The notes beneath the pieces were generated by a model. The model made no database searches and was not told the DNA's origin. It was given only the letters and a program-made list of their open reading frames with translations. Shown one piece after another: positions 31,124-41,438 of a stretch of DNA of 64,000 nt (position 1 is the first letter of the stretch; each line of letters begins with the position of its first letter). Position numbers and translations under genes: made by a program. Source of the DNA: a virus; the IMG/VR virus record IMGVR_UViG_3300044213_000170, positions 32,001-96,000 of that record. One strand, given 5' to 3'.

Positions 31124-31862
31124 ATATACGGGTCATTGATTTATGAATAGCGATACAAGCATCATCGTGCCTATGTAATGTGTAGCCCAAGTCTATTAGA
31201 TAGGTTTTAAGTTTCTCGGCATTATCATCCCACCAACGATTATAACTCCATAATTCGTAAACTATCGGTGGATAATCATTTCCGGCAATGGTATTAATAG
31301 CACCGTCTAATACGTGTTGCTCTAGCCCTTCGACATCTAGTTTAATTGCACGAATTCGGCCCTTGAGTCCTAATGAATCTAAGGTCTTGACTTCTACTTC
31401 AGCCATTTGTCCATACCCTTGTGCAATGTCAGACTGATCCTGAACATATGAATTTAAACTGAATGCACCTATATTGGTGGCGGTATCATAATCGGGCAAT
31501 CGAATCGATATTGTCTTGATTACATTACTCAGACCGTATGGATGTACTTGTATGTTAGTGATGTTATTTGATGTGATATTTTCGTTAATTATCGACACCA
31601 TGTGAGGTTGTACTTCAAAAGCGTGGAATTGATATTTTTTATATTTTACGGCCAAAGGTAAGGATACAGATGCCATATTAGCACCCACATCTAAAAAAAC
31701 CCCGTCGTTGAACTTTGACAACAGATAATCTAATATATCAACCACATACCATTCATATTCTCCGGTACGCAGTAATTGTTGACTGATAAGATCATCGGGA
31801 TGATGGATATTCATTAAACCGTGACGAGTTTTAACCAGTAAAGGCAGATTATTTGTATTCAT
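31104..31862 (-). CDS. FkbM-family methyltransferase
   Basis: LDVGAN, AFE, IKLDVEGLE. Confidence 0.88.
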   Translation of the reverse strand: MNTNNLPLLVKTRHGLMNIHHPDDLISQQLLRTGEYEWYVVDILDYLLSKFNDGVFLDVGANMASVSLPLAVKYKKYQFHAFEVQPHMVSIINENITSNNITNIQVHPYGLSNVIKTISIRLPDYDTATNIGAFSLNSYVQDQSDIAQGYGQMAEVEVKTLDSLGLKGRIRAIKLDVEGLEQHVLDGAINTIAGNDYPPIVYELWSYNRWWDDNAEKLKTYLIDLGYTLHRHDDACIAIHKSMTRIYEELFS

Positions 31863-32286
31863 AATTTACACTTGTTTCGTTGATGCGATAAATGGTAGCA
31901 CCATTTTTCAAATGGAATCTACGAGCCAATTCTGTCGGTGGACTTAATGTTACAAATTGTTTTACTCCGGGCATTTCAGATTTAATTTGTAATAAAACTT
32001 TCCTAAGTAATTCTTGTCCGGCACCTTTGGTGTAACTCCATATAGTGTAAAATACCATAGTGTCTAAATCAATCGACGGATTCAACAGATCGTCTTCATT
32101 AGACGGAACCCCGTGACACAACTTTGTACACACCATTGCTTTAACTTGATTATCATCGTCATCAAGTAATGCATAAACAAAGCGGTCAATGCCAAATCGG
32201 AATTCATGAGGTATATGCGGCCTTACTGGGTCCTCGTTGAGATGTTTTGATAACGGATCATCTATTCCGGTCAAAGTGTAAATCAT
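31849..32286 (-). CDS. GNAT-like protein
   Basis: FYTIWSY..GAG, VTLSP, FHLKNGA. Confidence 0.55.
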   Translation of the reverse strand: MIYTLTGIDDPLSKHLNEDPVRPHIPHEFRFGIDRFVYALLDDDDNQVKAMVCTKLCHGVPSNEDDLLNPSIDLDTMVFYTIWSYTKGAGQELLRKVLLQIKSEMPGVKQFVTLSPPTELARRFHLKNGATIYRINETSVNYEYK

Positions 32287-32329
32287 AATTTATTTTACTG
32301 TTAATAAAGTCAAATGTCAACCTTGCAAC

Positions 32330-33076
32330 TTACGATTTAGTTGCCATTAGTTTTTTGATTAACCATACACTATAATCGTTTATGTTGCCCGAGCCGTAAT
32401 CATACAATCCAGGAGTGTCATGATGGTTTTTATGTAAAAATACCGGGTTGATAAATCTAGCTGCCCACGATACATTGACTGGAATAGGCACATTATCCGG
32501 TCCGAATGTATGCCCGAAACTATTTAATAAACATAACTTATGGAAGTTCAGAATAGCGCCCAACAACACAGAAATAAAAATAAAATTCGATAAGGCAAAC
32601 AATATACCAAAGAAAGTCACTGGTATTATGGAATTATACTTTCTCAGATTTTTCATCCATTTGTACTCTCTTGCCAAATCCTTAACTATAAATGCGTTAC
32701 TTGAACTTGAGTGATCGTCTAAGAACCAGCCGTAATATGCATACCATCGGCCGTTTTTTAATGTATGGGGATCTCGATCTGTGTCACTAAACTTGTGATT
32801 CGTTCTGTGAGTTGCTACCCAAGATACCGGGTCCCCCACTAAGGAACATAAATTAATTGCTGTTACTAACGGTGTAACCCACGGTTTAGGTGTAAATGCT
32901 TTATGACTCAACATCTTATGATAGCCCGCACTGCTAGCGAAATCACAAATAAAAAATACCATCACAGCACTTAATATAACATAAAAATTAATGTCGATGA
33001 ATATTAATCCCAATATCAATGCTAAATGCATTAATGGGATTATAAACTTGTAAAGATAGCTGGGTTTGTATTTCAT
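32330..33076 (-). CDS. membrane fatty-acid desaturase (delta9-like), variant His box
   Basis: HKMLSH, HRTNH, DPH, NSFGH, HKNHH. Confidence 0.85.
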   Translation of the reverse strand: MKYKPSYLYKFIIPLMHLALILGLIFIDINFYVILSAVMVFFICDFASSAGYHKMLSHKAFTPKPWVTPLVTAINLCSLVGDPVSWVATHRTNHKFSDTDRDPHTLKNGRWYAYYGWFLDDHSSSSNAFIVKDLAREYKWMKNLRKYNSIIPVTFFGILFALSNFIFISVLLGAILNFHKLCLLNSFGHTFGPDNVPIPVNVSWAARFINPVFLHKNHHDTPGLYDYGSGNINDYSVWLIKKLMATKS

Positions 33077-33792
33077 TTTTTTAATAGGTTGACTAGTATG
33101 TTTCCGGCGTCTAACATATAAAATTTATCACCGAAAACAGGATCTGTAGGCTTGTCATGATGTTTGTCATGAATCCATTCTCCGCCTAGCGGCAATATAT
33201 ATTCCATATACCATTTGTTAGTTGCACCGGTCGAATTGTGACTAAATGTGCGATGAATGCCTTCTACTAGATGTAAAGTAAACCAAGGAACTAGTAACAT
33301 CCATACTGTCAATTTAAAATTAATAAGAGTTAATAGCACCAGCGGAATTAAAGTAAACAACACAGCATTTCTTCTTACCATATCATGACGATCATTATAA
33401 AACCATTTAGCATTCGCTGCATAGCGCAAACTAGTAGGATTTTTATAAAACGCTGTCAGAATTCCTTTAAGGCCTTTGATGTGGGTGTCCCGGTCAGTAT
33501 CTGCGTGTGCATGGTGTGCGGTATGTAAAAAACTCCAGCTAATCGGACAAGCAAATCCATAAATCATGGGAAATAGCGAAAACCAAAACATAGTATTTGG
33601 ATTGGCATCAAATGCCCTGTGGCAAAAATATCTATGAGTAACTGCACTGAAAATACTAATTGTAATAACGTGAATAATTACGGATACCAGAAACCAGTTC
33701 CACTCCCATATAAACAAGCTGTATAAAAATCCTAAGGCAGATACCCAATATAGTGCGGTGGCTTTTTTATTATCTAATGTAAACATATTCAC
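33073..33792 (-). CDS. membrane fatty-acid desaturase (delta9-like)
   Basis: HRYFCH, HTAHH, GEWIHDKHH. Confidence 0.85.
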   Translation of the reverse strand: MNMFTLDNKKATALYWVSALGFLYSLFIWEWNWFLVSVIIHVITISIFSAVTHRYFCHRAFDANPNTMFWFSLFPMIYGFACPISWSFLHTAHHAHADTDRDTHIKGLKGILTAFYKNPTSLRYAANAKWFYNDRHDMVRRNAVLFTLIPLVLLTLINFKLTVWMLLVPWFTLHLVEGIHRTFSHNSTGATNKWYMEYILPLGGEWIHDKHHDKPTDPVFGDKFYMLDAGNILVNLLKK

Positions 33793-34502
33793 TCCTTAAT
33801 AACTTCACTTCTGTATACTTTTTTAGTCGGTGTTACTGCGCTGATTATTTCCATAGTATCGACTGTACGCATAACTGTCAACCCGGGATGTATTAAACAT
33901 CCTTGTTTTAAAATCAAATCGTTTTTACTATTGCTGGGTTTTAATACTCTACTGCCTATTCCAACATAGACGTCGTCTTCAAGTGTGATAAAAGATGCTA
34001 CGATAACGCCTCGTTGAAGTACAATATTATTACCGTAATTGCTGTGGTGACCTAATATTGTTCCTGCTTGAAATGCACAATAATTTCCTATTTTGGTGTA
34101 TGCCGACAATATAGAATTAATACCAAAAAAATTACCTTTGCCGATAGTAGTAGCGCGGTTACTTAAATTAGCACTAGGATGTATAAGGTTAATGACGTTT
34201 AACGAATATTGTTCTGCAAGAGCAATGAAATTTTTTCGTTTATCGGCATCTCTATCCATCCCATACACCCAATTACTGCCAACGAACCAATTGTAATTGT
34301 CTTTTTCTTTTTCAAAATCAAAAGTTTTTTCGGAATATTTAACAGGAATGCCACTGATTGCATCAGTATTACCATAATAATCGCTATCCATTATAGCTGC
34401 AGATACTCCTCCCAATTCTTCGTATAAATCTGCATATAAAAATATTGCAGTATTAGATCCCATTAATATTAACGGTTTTGAAAAATCAATTTTATTGTTC
34501 AT
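33789..34502 (-). CDS. NeuD/PglD-like hexapeptide-repeat acetyltransferase
   Basis: NLIHPSA, IGKG/IGNY repeats, LGHH. Confidence 0.75.
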   Translation of the reverse strand: MNNKIDFSKPLILMGSNTAIFLYADLYEELGGVSAAIMDSDYYGNTDAISGIPVKYSEKTFDFEKEKDNYNWFVGSNWVYGMDRDADKRKNFIALAEQYSLNVINLIHPSANLSNRATTIGKGNFFGINSILSAYTKIGNYCAFQAGTILGHHSNYGNNIVLQRGVIVASFITLEDDVYVGIGSRVLKPSNSKNDLILKQGCLIHPGLTVMRTVDTMEIISAVTPTKKVYRSEVIKE

Positions 34503-35305
34503 GGCCGGCTCCTGTCATGAATCTTTGTAGCCAGTAAAGGAATTAAATATTTTGCAATGTCAAATTCGTACCATCGTTCGCTATCATGAAATCTACCTGG
34601 CGCATGGTGATGATTATTTTGTAGTGCTCCACTGCCTTGCCAGAATATCCAGCTCAACCACCAAATATTAGTACTATGATCGCCGTTGTCATAACGTTGA
34701 CTACCTATTCTGTGGGCAGCAGAATTTGTAATACAAGTGAAGTGCCATCCTATAAACCCGGCCAAGCCCATACTAAAAATTAAAATTCTGAAATCTATTA
34801 GAGCTAAAATTATAGCCAAACCCCACCAAATAGATATTTTGTATTTTTCTAATCTCGGATAAAATTTATCTTTCAGCAAGTGACGGGTGGCCATTAATAC
34901 TGGACTGCTTATTTTTATAGTGGAAAGATACCAACCCAAGTATGCGTGAAAAAATCCTTTTGTAGGAGTATGAAAATCTTTGTCAGTATCACTAAAAGCA
35001 TGATGTATGATGTGAATACTAGCGAATCCCATAGGGCTACCGAAACCACCCATCAATGCCATAATGCTAAAAAATTTTGCAACTAGCGGATGGCATTCGA
35101 ACGTTTTATGTGCAAAGTATCTATGTAAAAAAATGCCTTCGCCTATTACATAAAATAAGAGCCAAGAAACAAAGGTCAATAGTAACCAGTAATAGCTTGC
35201 AGTATAATAAAGATATACAATCGACGATATGGCCAGTATATGTTGCGGAACTATTACTAAAAGAAAAAATCTCAATAAGGATGTGGTGTTTGAATTATGT
35301 GACAT
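34499..35305 (-). CDS. membrane fatty-acid desaturase (delta9-like)
   Basis: HRYFAH, HIIHH, NSAAH, QNNHHH. Confidence 0.88.
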   Translation of the reverse strand: MSHNSNTTSLLRFFLLVIVPQHILAISSIVYLYYTASYYWLLLTFVSWLLFYVIGEGIFLHRYFAHKTFECHPLVAKFFSIMALMGGFGSPMGFASIHIIHHAFSDTDKDFHTPTKGFFHAYLGWYLSTIKISSPVLMATRHLLKDKFYPRLEKYKISIWWGLAIILALIDFRILIFSMGLAGFIGWHFTCITNSAAHRIGSQRYDNGDHSTNIWWLSWIFWQGSGALQNNHHHAPGRFHDSERWYEFDIAKYLIPLLATKIHDRSRP

Positions 35306-35710
35306 GTCATGAAAAATCTAATTAGTTATTTTACTATGAGTTATCAGAGATGTCAATTCTCTGCATACGGTCGGCGTTCCAAGCATATGTATGTTGGTAA
35401 AAAGGTCACTACCTTAGGCGTCAAATTAAACCCGACGTCGATTCGATTAATCGGCGCTACTGCAATATTATTTAGCAAATGTCTGTTTTTTAGAAAAGAT
35501 TCAGACTTTTAATCATTATATCATATTAGATAACATAATATCATGATATAAATATTTTTGTGAAAAGATACAGTAATTTAACCCCGCAGGGTCTACATTT
35601 TCACTTATCACTGAGTGATACTGGTGTTTGTTGTATCATCGTTTATGATGTGTTTGGCGATGATACCGTAATACGATTTTTTACCAGTTCAGTAGATGCA
35701 CTTAGATTTG

Positions 35711-36103
35711 TCAACAATCTCTGACCCAGCTGCCGGTGTCTTTATAACTATATTCAAAACTATAATCTGGCCAAGCATAAGATACCCAAGATTGCTCAGA
35801 TGTCTGATTAAATTTAAAATCAAAATCTGCGTCCCAATTACCTTCGGGATCTATATTAAAACTAAGAACAGCATTTAGATCACAAGCCAAACGATGACCT
35901 AGTTCGTGCATATCAAATGTCGGCTCGTAAGTAATAGACATCTTATAAGGATCGATTGCTCTCCATAGAGTTCTGAATAACGGCCAAACTTCATTCATTA
36001 CGCTATTGGCAAATTCTCCCCGATCAGAATTGATTATGTTATAGTTAAATTCTTTTGCGGGCGTGGCTTGGCTAACGTTGCCATAGATCGGGCCATAACC
36101 CAA
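35711..36103 (-). CDS. hypothetical protein
   Basis: 130 aa. Confidence 0.45.
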   Translation of the reverse strand: MGYGPIYGNVSQATPAKEFNYNIINSDRGEFANSVMNEVWPLFRTLWRAIDPYKMSITYEPTFDMHELGHRLACDLNAVLSFNIDPEGNWDADFDFKFNQTSEQSWVSYAWPDYSFEYSYKDTGSWVRDC

Positions 36104-36325
36104 TCTTTACTTTCACTGGATGTATCTGCTGGGATTGGTAATGTTTCGATTGCTTTCTTTTCGACTATAGGAATCGATTTATTAAATTTTTGCATAGCGA
36201 ATTTTAAGCGATAGTTTTTTTGTGACAGGATTACTATCAACCCCGAACATACAGCCCATCCCGCGTTTCGTATGTTGCGGAAGCAGAAATTCTATTCTAA
36301 TAGAGGTGCGGGTCTGCTCTTGTAT

Positions 36326-36931
36326 TTACATTGTAGGACCGTTACCGTTACGGAAACCGACTTCGCCGCCTTCTTCTCGAATACGTTTAATAACATCTTC
36401 AAATAAGATAGGTGCAAAGTCTGGAAGTTGTTCTACGCAAACACAATGGTAACGAACATCGTTCTCATCGCTGTACAAAATTTCTCCAGTCCTGGCATCA
36501 ACACCGCGAGCCCGCTTAACACGATTTGCGTGTAAGTGCCCGTGAATGTTGGTGCCAAACCGACCTAAGCTATCACTGTGTACAGGAATATGGCTTAAGA
36601 TCATACCGTCCATAACGTGGTAAGCACGAAGTTCACGGAAGTATTGCCTGTACTCGTCATCCTTAAAGATGTCGTGGTTACCACGGATTAAAACTTTGTC
36701 GCCGTTTAAGCGGGCTAATGTACTCATGGCCTTACGGTTGATAACAACGTCACCTAAGTGATAGACCTTGTCTGTGGGCTTGACTCTTTCGTTCCAAGCC
36801 TTGACCATAGCCTCATCCATCTCGGCAGGATCAGTCCAAGGACGTAATTTTGTAACACCGTCGTTACGTGTGAAGCGACATACACCTGCGTGACCAAAGT
36901 GTGTGTCGCTTACTAAAAATACACTAGGCAT
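36326..36931 (-). CDS. calcineurin-like metallophosphoesterase
   Basis: SDTHFGH, HLGD, GNHD, HGHLH. Confidence 0.9.
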   Translation of the reverse strand: MPSVFLVSDTHFGHAGVCRFTRNDGVTKLRPWTDPAEMDEAMVKAWNERVKPTDKVYHLGDVVINRKAMSTLARLNGDKVLIRGNHDIFKDDEYRQYFRELRAYHVMDGMILSHIPVHSDSLGRFGTNIHGHLHANRVKRARGVDARTGEILYSDENDVRYHCVCVEQLPDFAPILFEDVIKRIREEGGEVGFRNGNGPTM

Positions 36932-36957
36932 ATTCGTTTCCTTTATCTTTAACCAGT

Positions 36958-37242
36958 TTATCGCTTCACAGGCTTGATGCCATCAAACCCCCAATCATCA
37001 AGTGCTTGATTGTAGTGCCAGTTTTCGCCAAACTCATCATCTTCGTAGTAGACATGTTCACTGTTGCCAGCACGATCCACATCGTTTTTATCGTAGCCGT
37101 AACTGTCGTATCCTTCAGGATCGTATTGGTGGTAAGTAACTTCATTTTCACCAGTATACTTGCGCCACCAATCTTGATCCTTCATGTATGCGGCAGTAAC
37201 AGTAGGGCTATACTTTCCACGCATTTTATCCTCACTTATCAA
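36958..37242 (-). CDS. hypothetical protein with YD.xG repeats
   Basis: YDPEGYDSYGYDKNDVDRAG. Confidence 0.55.
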   Translation of the reverse strand: MISEDKMRGKYSPTVTAAYMKDQDWWRKYTGENEVTYHQYDPEGYDSYGYDKNDVDRAGNSEHVYYEDDEFGENWHYNQALDDWGFDGIKPVKR

Positions 37243-37594
37243 AATAGCTTTTGTCGGCGAACTTCTTTTTCAAGCGTTCGTATTCTTTGCGCTCTTTTTC
37301 TTCTTTAGTTGCCTTCCATTCTTTAGCCTTTGCTTTGGCTTTCTTTTCTTCGGCCATACGCTTGGCAAACTCTTTGTCAGTTTCAAGACGGCGTTCCCGC
37401 AACTTCAGTTCTTTGCCACCATCGTATCCATAACTCGTAACATTAAAGTAAATGTCACGGCCTTCATATTCCTTTTTGAAACTTTCTGCAGCTTCGATTA
37501 CTTGATCGGGAGTCTTTCCATTAAGAATATCATCGAAGTCAACATATCCATCGACTCCGCCAACTTCAACATCTAAAATTTTACGCTTACTCAT
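37232..37594 (-). CDS. hypothetical protein
   Basis: 120 aa, charged C-terminus. Confidence 0.55.
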   Translation of the reverse strand: MSKRKILDVEVGGVDGYVDFDDILNGKTPDQVIEAAESFKKEYEGRDIYFNVTSYGYDGGKELKLRERRLETDKEFAKRMAEEKKAKAKAKEWKATKEEKERKEYERLKKKFADKSYFDK

Positions 37595-37608
37595 TTCCTA
37601 ACATCCTC

Positions 37609-38277
37609 TTACCAAAGTAATTCAAAATTACCCGCTAATACTTTTTTGGTACTAGCAGCCTTATCTGTTCTGTGATCCTTAACAACATCGTCTTGGAATC
37701 TGTAGGTGCGGATTTTGTCGCCCCGCATACCAGATCCGACTTGTTGCTTTCTATCACTTGCTATTGTATTATTATACTGCCTTTTTACCAAATTGTCAAC
37801 CGTTTCTAAGATAGTACTTTTTGCTTGGTCTAGGCTGTTTTGACGGCTACGGCATTGTGCTGTGGCTGTTATGCCCGTAGGGATATGAGTTATCCGGCAA
37901 CTGTTTTGGTGTTTGTTGCGATGTTGCCCGCCGGCACCCGTGCCCGAATACCATTCTATTTTTAGATCAGCATCCATCACCTTTATCTTTGGTGCGCTTT
38001 GGTCTATGACTGCCACGGTCACGGTGCTAGTATGGACTCGACCCTTTCGTTCCGTTGGAGGTATACGCTGTATGCGATGTCCCCCACACTCGTTTTCTAA
38101 GCCGGATAAATCAGTACCCTCGACAAGTATATGAACTTCGCCAAGATATTCATTTATCAGGCGGGTAGTTCAGCCCTTGCTGTGTGCGAATTTAATGTAG
38201 GCCTGTGCCAAGTCTTTAACAAATAACTTACTGTCCTCACCGCCTTCTGCGGCTCTGATCTCCAATGTGCGTTTCAT
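37609..38277 (-). CDS. RF1-like peptide chain release factor lacking domain 1, with in-frame UGA at codon 36 (38170-38172)
   Basis: Manual translation MKRTLEIRAAEGGEDSKLF...HSKG*TTRL...ECGGHRIQRIPPTERKGRVHTSTVTVAV...GAGGQHRNK...RSRQNS...IRTY; ATG overlaps upstream TAA. Confidence 0.85.
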
Positions 38278-38501
38278 TATACTCTCTCCTTTTTAACGCG
38301 GCCTATTCGGCTTGCTTTGTTCCAATCGTATTTAACACCATCTGGGCAAAAACCGTCTTTAACAGAGTCTACTCCAAACTTACCAACAATTTCAAAGTTG
38401 TCACCGACAATTCTTACGAATTCGTTCATGTGCTTGGCAACATTCATTGCCTCATTCAAAGTTAAAACCTTTAAGGTTTCTTCCTTACCTATTATCTTAA
38501 A
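38277..38501 (-). CDS. hypothetical protein
   Basis: C-terminal part of ORF 38277..38585; start approximate (MFKIIG). Confidence 0.45.
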   Translation of the reverse strand, partial: FKIIGKEETLKVLTLNEAMNVAKHMNEFVRIVGDNFEIVGKFGVDSVKDGFCPDGVKYDWNKASRIGRVKKERV

Positions 38502-38503
38502 CA

Positions 38504-38713
38504 TTACCAATAACTTCTTTCGTATTCGGTTAGGTTGTCTTCTTGAGTAGCAGCCTTCATTAGTTTTTGGAAATCCATTCTCCAACGGCGCTCGTACTCT
38601 ACCTGATGCTCTAATCTTTCTTTTTCTTGTTTTAAAGCTTCATTACATTTCTTGAACTTGTCTAATTCAGTTTCTAACCGTTTAATCTTCTTTTCTTCGG
38701 GTGTTTGTGCCAT
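38504..38713 (-). CDS. coiled-coil hypothetical protein
   Basis: AGGAG RBS. Confidence 0.55.
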   Translation of the reverse strand: MAQTPEEKKIKRLETELDKFKKCNEALKQEKERLEHQVEYERRWRMDFQKLMKAATQEDNLTEYERSYW

Positions 38714-39638
38714 TAGATATCTCCTTTACTTTCCAACCCATTGAACTCTTTATATCACCAGAAATCAACTTCGATATATTCCCAATCTTATGCTTTTCTT
38801 TCATTTCAACTCTGGTACATTTTTCGATGAGTCCCGACTCGTGTGTAAATTCATAAATTCTTTTATCTGCCTTGACATGGTTTAAACCTTCTCGGGTATT
38901 TCGTCCCTTGTTCCAGCCATCTTTTATGGCTTGCGATCTTGTTTCTTTAAACTTAGTATCTTTCCACAAATTCAACATTTTAGTTTTATTTCTTTCTTTG
39001 GCAGCGGGAGTAGTCTGAGCCAGTTTAGATGATATTCTGTGTTTTTCTTTCACTATAGGATCTGCCATTGTCAATGCCCGTTTTGACAAAACTTCGGGTT
39101 TATTTTGAACAACTTTTTGAATGTCACTGAGTTCCTTTTTCTTTTTTGGATCATTCATTGTTTTAGTTATCGCATCTGTCACTTTTACTCGATACGATTC
39201 ATTGTTCCACCTTGCTTTTGCTACTTCACTTTTTTTCTTCTTTATATCTGGTCTACTCTGTGCTTCTTTCTGTCGCATTGATCTAAGTTCTTTTGCCCCG
39301 GGTTTTTGCCACATATCTTTGGCAGTTTGACTACTCATTCCACCTTCCAACCCATCTTCATTTTTTAAGTTCGCCCAATCATTAGATTCCACTATATTAA
39401 ATAGTTCCGAAAAAAATAATGCGAATTCTTTCAGATCATCGGGGTCATAAAATAGTTCGCTAACCCATTCAGTTATTACTTGTTGCGTTCCATACTTTTT
39501 AATATGTGCTGTCCACCTTACTCCCGATCCGTTATATTTTAAGTAATTCGCCCTGGTCGTTTTACAAAAATAGCGTAGCCCAGTTATCGTATGTCTCTTT
39601 ACCATCAATCTAGTTGGTTTAAATAGTTTATTTTTCAT
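38682..39638 (-). mobile_element. Seg-like (GIY-YIG-related) homing endonuclease
   Basis: LRYFCKT...YNGSG..W, WANL..EDG, repeated basic helices. Confidence 0.7.
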
Positions 39639-39646
39639 AAACTTAT

Positions 39647-40063
39647 TTATTCCGAATAAGTCAACCCCAACACTTTCATCATCTTGTGCTTGACTAGCAG
39701 GTTGGGGCTACGAAAAGCCTCGGCATCCTGAAAGCCCATCATTACACCAACCTCTGCCACAGCACCACTGCGGCAAACACCGGCGTGGCAATGAACAACC
39801 ACATCACTACGATTAAGCAGAGCCTGCTTGAGTATCAACACCAAACTATTTGCTTGATGGTCATTGATTTTGAAGTCATCGTCAAAAGGATCATCACGTT
39901 CTGCATCTAAGAATTGAAACTGATGAATACTACCGAACTTGTGCAATGGTGTAGGGAACTCCATACACGGGTCAACAATTTGGATCAATACACTATTTTC
40001 ACCAACATTAATGTGATGACCTTTTGGTATATCTCTAAGTGCTACGTTTTGAATCCAAGGCAT
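39647..40063 (-). CDS. protein-tyrosine/dual-specificity phosphatase
   Basis: VVHCHAGVCRS (HCX5R). Confidence 0.88.
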   Translation of the reverse strand: MPWIQNVALRDIPKGHHINVGENSVLIQIVDPCMEFPTPLHKFGSIHQFQFLDAERDDPFDDDFKINDHQANSLVLILKQALLNRSDVVVHCHAGVCRSGAVAEVGVMMGFQDAEAFRSPNLLVKHKMMKVLGLTYSE

Positions 40064-40114
40064 AATTTAAACTCCTAAGTAGTATTATAGCATCAATTTG
40101 AATTAAAAGCAACC

Positions 40115-40142
40115 AAAAAAAAATCCCGGAAATCCCGGGATA
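40115..40142 (-). terminator. intrinsic terminator ending the tRNA region
   Basis: ATCCCGG/CCGGGAT hairpin followed by a T-run. Confidence 0.75.
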
Positions 40143-40149
40143 TTTAAAG

Positions 40150-40225
40150 TGGAGCGGGATATCAGGTTCGAACTGACGACCTAGTGCTTGGCAAGCACTC
40201 GCTCTACCAACTGAGCTAATCCCGC
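40150..40225 (-). tRNA. tRNA-Gly(GCC)
   Basis: Cloverleaf, loop ttGCCaa, CCA encoded. Confidence 0.95.
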
Positions 40226-40234
40226 AAAAAATCT

Positions 40235-40310
40235 TGGTGCCCCTTGTCCGACTCGAACAGACCACCTACTGATTACAAATCAGTTGCTCTACCAGATGAG
40301 CTAAAGGGGC
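40235..40310 (-). tRNA. tRNA-Thr(TGT)
   Basis: Loop ttTGTaa, CCA. Confidence 0.95.
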
Positions 40311-40440
40311 TAACAGATCAATTTGACAACATAACATAACATAATATATCATAATACGTAAATTGTTCGTCTCTTTACAGAGTGTGTTGTTAAATTGTCT
40401 TTACTAACTATTTATTAAAGAAAAATCTATCGTTAAAATT

Positions 40441-40530
40441 TGGCGGAGCGACTGGGAGTCGAACCCAGTCACCGTCTTTCAACGGTGTACGGATTAGCAA
40501 TCCGCTGCCTTACCGTTCGGCCACCGCTCC
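40441..40530 (-). tRNA. tRNA-Ser(GCT)
   Basis: Long variable arm, G73, CCA. Confidence 0.95.
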
Positions 40531-40549
40531 TATTATCATATTATTTATT

Positions 40550-41383
40550 GCTCTGCATCCCTCGGCGGTAATTATACCTCTCAAGCCTTTTGCCGTCACT
40601 TGAAATATACAGGCATGACCCATATACTCCATCAGGTTACTTGACTATCACAGAGGCCGCCACCCGCTTCCCGACAGGGACCGTTCACGCATTGCCAGCG
40701 GCCTTTTGGTTCGAAGACTACCACCCGTGGGGCACGACCACCACTTCTCCTTCATCCGGGTCAGACTAGCTCAGCGTTACCCGAGCGGGTTCTTTCTCAG
40801 ACGCCACCGTTCTTTAGCGGCGTCTGATATTTTCTTCTTCTGTTCTTCAGACATTATTTTGGATCTTGTCTCCCAAGACTTTTTTGTTGTCTCACTTAAC
40901 TTTTGTCTAACTTCTTCAGTGTGGCAATTTGGGTAGCTACGTCTTTTATTAGCGTTGCTTATTTTTTGTCTAGTTTCAACACTAGTAATTTTTCCTCTTT
41001 TCGAACTACCTTTTTTCCAATTAGATTCTGGTGAAGTTCCTGAAGAACCTTCACCACCATTAGTCATATTCTTTAATATGCCTGTTCCTAAATCTTGTCT
41101 TCCATATTTTGAAATTAATTCAGTTTCTAAGTTAAATGCTTCCTGTTCAGACAAATTTTCATGTAACAGAACTATTCTCTTATAGTTTTTTGGAGTATGA
41201 ACTCCCCTACCATTAACACGATGCTGTTCCCAGGCACGCCGTTCTTTACCCTTACCAATATAGTAAGGTGAACCATCTTCTCTTAGATAAGCATAAACAT
41301 AGTATTCATTCATACTATTATTTATGTCAACCGGGTCATACCACCATCCTGCGGGTCACAGTATCTGCTGATTAGGCAGAACG
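40550..41383 (-). ncRNA. unidentified structured RNA interrupted by a GIY-YIG ORF
   Basis: GC-rich flanks; 5' GTTCTGC pairs with 3' GCAGAGC; promoter at 41410-41438. Confidence 0.55.
40777..41313 (-). mobile_element. GIY-YIG + NUMOD3 homing endonuclease
   Basis: YYVYAYLREDGSPYYIGKG; SVETRQKIS and HTEEVRQKLS repeats; paralog of 1255..1944. Confidence 0.88.
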
Positions 41384-41409
41384 TCTTTAAATATTTCTAA
41401 CTTATATGT

Positions 41410-41438
41410 ATTATACAAAATTAATCATTTTTTGTCAA
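41410..41438 (-). promoter_or_regulatory. sigma70 promoter
   Basis: TTGACA-N17-TATAAT. Confidence 0.8.

Noticed and set aside
38170-38172. Selenocysteine codon in the release factor
   Set aside because: The position aligns with Trp/Phe rather than Cys, and no tRNA-Sec(UCA) is present.
40550-41383. Group I/II intron or RNase P RNA
   Set aside because: No recognisable P7 R/S, domain V or GAGGAAAGUC signatures, and no interrupted exon gene.
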